Source of the DNA: Actinomycetes bacterium
Lineage (GTDB): Bacteria > Actinomycetota > CALGFH01
Length of the DNA: 64,000 bases
Reading direction: 5' to 3'
NCBI GenBank assembly: GCA_036392615.1
Contig: DASVXQ010000058.1
Span: 2,123-66,122, forward strand
The first letter of the stretch is position 1. Every line of letters starts with the position of its first letter. The notes below the pieces were generated by a model. That model did not search any database. It saw nothing but the letters and a program-made list of their open reading frames with translations, and was not told the DNA's origin. Position numbers and translations under genes: made by a program. Shown piece after piece: positions 61,974-64,000 of the stretch.

Positions 61974-64000
61974 ATGACGAATGGGCTCGGCGGTCTCACC
62001 GCCCCACAGCACGCGCAGCCGGATCGCGGTGGCGACCCGGCCGGCGCCGCGCGGGCAAACGGCTCGCCGGCGACCGCCGCCTTGCCGGACGGCTCCCCCG
62101 CGGCGATCGCCGCGAGCCTGCCACCGGGCAACGTGGTCGCGCTCGGCGGCCCCGGCAGCGGCAAGACGGCCCTGCTCGAGGCGGCCATGTACGAGCTGGC
62201 GGCCGGGCCCGGCGGCGCCGCGCTGTTCGTCACCTCGAGCCGGCAGGCGGCGGTCGCGTCCACCGCGCGGCTGCTCGCGCACGTCGAGCGCGCCGCCGGT
62301 GGCGCGCTGAGCTGCGTGACCTGGCACGCCTTCGCCCGCGGCCTGGTCACCAGCCACGCGGACCTGCTGCCCTACCGCGGCGAGCCGCGCCCGCTCAGCG
62401 GTCCGGAGCAGTGGTCGCTGGTCCGCGAGCTGCTGCTCCAGGATCCCCCGATGGTGCGCTGGGGCGACCTCGATTCGCTGGTCCAGACGCGGGCGTTCAC
62501 CGACGAGCTGGCCGAGTTCGTGCTCGCCTGCGAGCGGCGGCTGATCGACCCCGCGGAGCTGGCCGAGCGGGCGGTCTCCCAGAACCGCCCGGCCTGGCGG
62601 CCCGCCGCGGACTTCCTCGCCGGCTATCTCGGCCACCTGGCGCTCGCCGACCTGGTCGACCAGGCGGGCATGGTCGTGCAGGCGGGCGACCTGCTCGAGG
62701 ACCACGCGGAGCTGCGGGCCGACACGGTCGCACAGGTCCGCACCGTGCTGGTCGACGAGGCGCAGGAGCTGGACCCAGCGCAGTTCCGCCTGCTGGAGCT
62801 GCTGGCCGACGGCGGCGCGCGGGTGATCATGGCCGGCGATCCGGCTGGCACCACCGAGGCCCACCGGGGCGCGCCGCCAGGGAGCCTGGTCGAGCGGTCC
62901 GCCCGGCTGGGTGCCCGGATGGTCCTCCTCGAGCACAGCCGGAGGCTGGGCGGTCGTGGGCTCGACGCGGTGCGGCGGCTCCAGGCGGCCGGCCCCCATC
63001 CCGCCGCGCCACTCCGCGGCGGCGGGGTGACCAGCGTCGACGCCGCCCATTTCCCGGGACCGGCGGAAGAGGCCGACGCCATCGCCCGGCTGCTGCGGAG
63101 CGCCCATCACCGCGACGGCCTGCCCTACAGCCGGATGGCCGTGCTGCTGCCCGGGCCTCGCCAGCTGACCGGACCGGTCCGGCGGGCGCTGGAGCGCCGC
63201 GGCGTGCCATACCGGTTGGGCGCCGGCGACCGCCAGCTCCTCCACGAGCCGATCGTGCGGCACGTGCTCGACCTGTTCCGTCTCGCGCTGGAGCCCAGCC
63301 GCGTGGACGAGCTGCTGCCGCCGCTGCTCACCTCCCCGCTCGGCGGACTCGACGCGCGGGAGCTCCGCGCGCTGCGACGCGCCGCCGTGCTCGCCGACCG
63401 CTCGCTGGCCGAGCACGTCGAGGCGACCGGTGAGGAGCTCGGCGTCGAGGAAGGGATCGCCGACCGGGTGGCCGCCCTCCGCGGCCTGCTCGAGCAGGCG
63501 ACCCGCTGGGCCGCCGAGCTGGAGGCTGACCGCTGCTTCTGGGAGCTGTGGTGCGCCGCTCCGGTGTTCTCCGAGCTGGTGGCCCGTGCGGAGCGGCATC
63601 CGGAGGACGCCGGCGTCGCCCGGCAGCTCGACGCGCTGACCTCGCTCTCGCGGGCGCTGGGGCTGTTCGTGGACGGCCGGCCGACCGCGACCATGCGCTC
63701 CTACCTGGACGTGGTCGAGCGGGCCGATTTCGCCAGCGACCCGTGGCTGCCGGCCTCGCTCGCCAGGTCCGACGCGGTGGCGTTGCTGTCGCTGCACGCC
63801 GCCAAGGGGCAGGAGTTCGACCTGGTGGTGGTGTCGGGCTGCATGGAAGGGTCGCTGCCCCGGACCGCCTGGCCAGAGGGCGTGTTCGAAGCGTGGCGGC
63901 TCGACGGCGACCTCGACCCGGTGGCGCGGGCCAGGGCGATCCTCGAGTCGGAACGGCGCCGCTTCACGCTCGCGGCGAGCCGGGCCAGGGACCGGGTGGT
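61974..64000 (+). CDS. UvrD/PcrA-superfamily helicase (AdnA/AddB-like), 3' end beyond window
   Basis: Own translation from ATG 61974 gives MTNGLGGLTAPQ...VVALGGPGSGKTALLE (Walker A), ...VLVDEAQELDPAQ (motif II), ...SLHAAKGQEFDLVVVSG (motif VI-like). It is absent from the ORF track because there is no stop in the window. Confidence 0.82.
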   Translation, partial: MTNGLGGLTAPQHAQPDRGGDPAGAARANGSPATAALPDGSPAAIAASLPPGNVVALGGPGSGKTALLEAAMYELAAGPGGAALFVTSSRQAAVASTARLLAHVERAAGGALSCVTWHAFARGLVTSHADLLPYRGEPRPLSGPEQWSLVRELLLQDPPMVRWGDLDSLVQTRAFTDELAEFVLACERRLIDPAELAERAVSQNRPAWRPAADFLAGYLGHLALADLVDQAGMVVQAGDLLEDHAELRADTVAQVRTVLVDEAQELDPAQFRLLELLADGGARVIMAGDPAGTTEAHRGAPPGSLVERSARLGARMVLLEHSRRLGGRGLDAVRRLQAAGPHPAAPLRGGGVTSVDAAHFPGPAEEADAIARLLRSAHHRDGLPYSRMAVLLPGPRQLTGPVRRALERRGVPYRLGAGDRQLLHEPIVRHVLDLFRLALEPSRVDELLPPLLTSPLGGLDARELRALRRAAVLADRSLAEHVEATGEELGVEEGIADRVAALRGLLEQATRWAAELEADRCFWELWCAAPVFSELVARAERHPEDAGVARQLDALTSLSRALGLFVDGRPTATMRSYLDVVERADFASDPWLPASLARSDAVALLSLHAAKGQEFDLVVVSGCMEGSLPRTAWPEGVFEAWRLDGDLDPVARARAILESERRRFTLAASRARDRV

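Noticed and set aside
1-64000. CRISPR arrays, rRNA genes, prophage-sized blocks
   Set aside because: No regularly spaced 25-40 bp repeats with unique spacers were seen. The only tandem or periodic repeats are the 33 bp x2 in imuB, the octamer array at 61083-61142, and the phased regulator-type repeats. No rRNA-like sequence or phage structural genes were recognised.

Overview
High-GC (about 70%) chromosomal segment with Actinomycetota hallmarks: a BldC-like regulator, a WhiJ-type XRE/DUF397 pair, an F420/LLM oxidoreductase, a DinB/mycothiol-type fold, a WXG100 protein and an ImuA'-ImuB-DnaE2 mutasome. I support about 60 protein-coding genes. Most long ORFs in the six-frame track are antisense or out-of-frame GC-bias artefacts (Arg/Pro/Ala/Gly-rich) and were discarded.

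Core content:
- Housekeeping and general: trpS, lon, an ECF sigma/anti-sigma pair, a DEAD-box helicase, flotillin with NfeD, a moxR-DUF58-VWA operon, and two OmpR-type two-component systems, one followed by an HtrA/PepD-like protease.
- DNA damage genes, unusually dense: imuA'-imuB and dnaE2 (each behind a LexA SOS box), udgX-like plus mutM, a PHP phosphoesterase, a RecB-family nuclease, rmuC, divergent ku/ligD, a thermonuclease, and a UvrD-like helicase.

No rRNA, intact tRNA or CRISPR array was found.

Most interesting non-genic signals:
1. A 118-120 bp palindromic repeat family in three copies. The terminal stems tolerate only G-T mismatches, which suggests a strand-specific RNA hairpin or MITE.
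2. Helically phased (11/22 bp) direct-repeat arrays placed 9-10 bp upstream of -10-like hexamers, at three sites near the two response-regulator operons.
3. Two SOS-box promoters built in the same register, both apparently leaderless. They flank a 3.2 kb decayed insertion that splits the mutasome cassette.
4. An integration scar (tRNA 3' half plus an integrase stub) followed by several pseudogenes.
5. A low-GC islet carrying the XRE/DUF397 pair behind a 450 bp non-coding leader.
6. A 486 bp convergent intergenic region with a candidate orphan transcription unit and a periodic TTTCCCGC array.

I did not recognise a clear-cut novel multi-gene defence or secretion system. All calls come from reading the sequence and ORF translations only; no searches were run.
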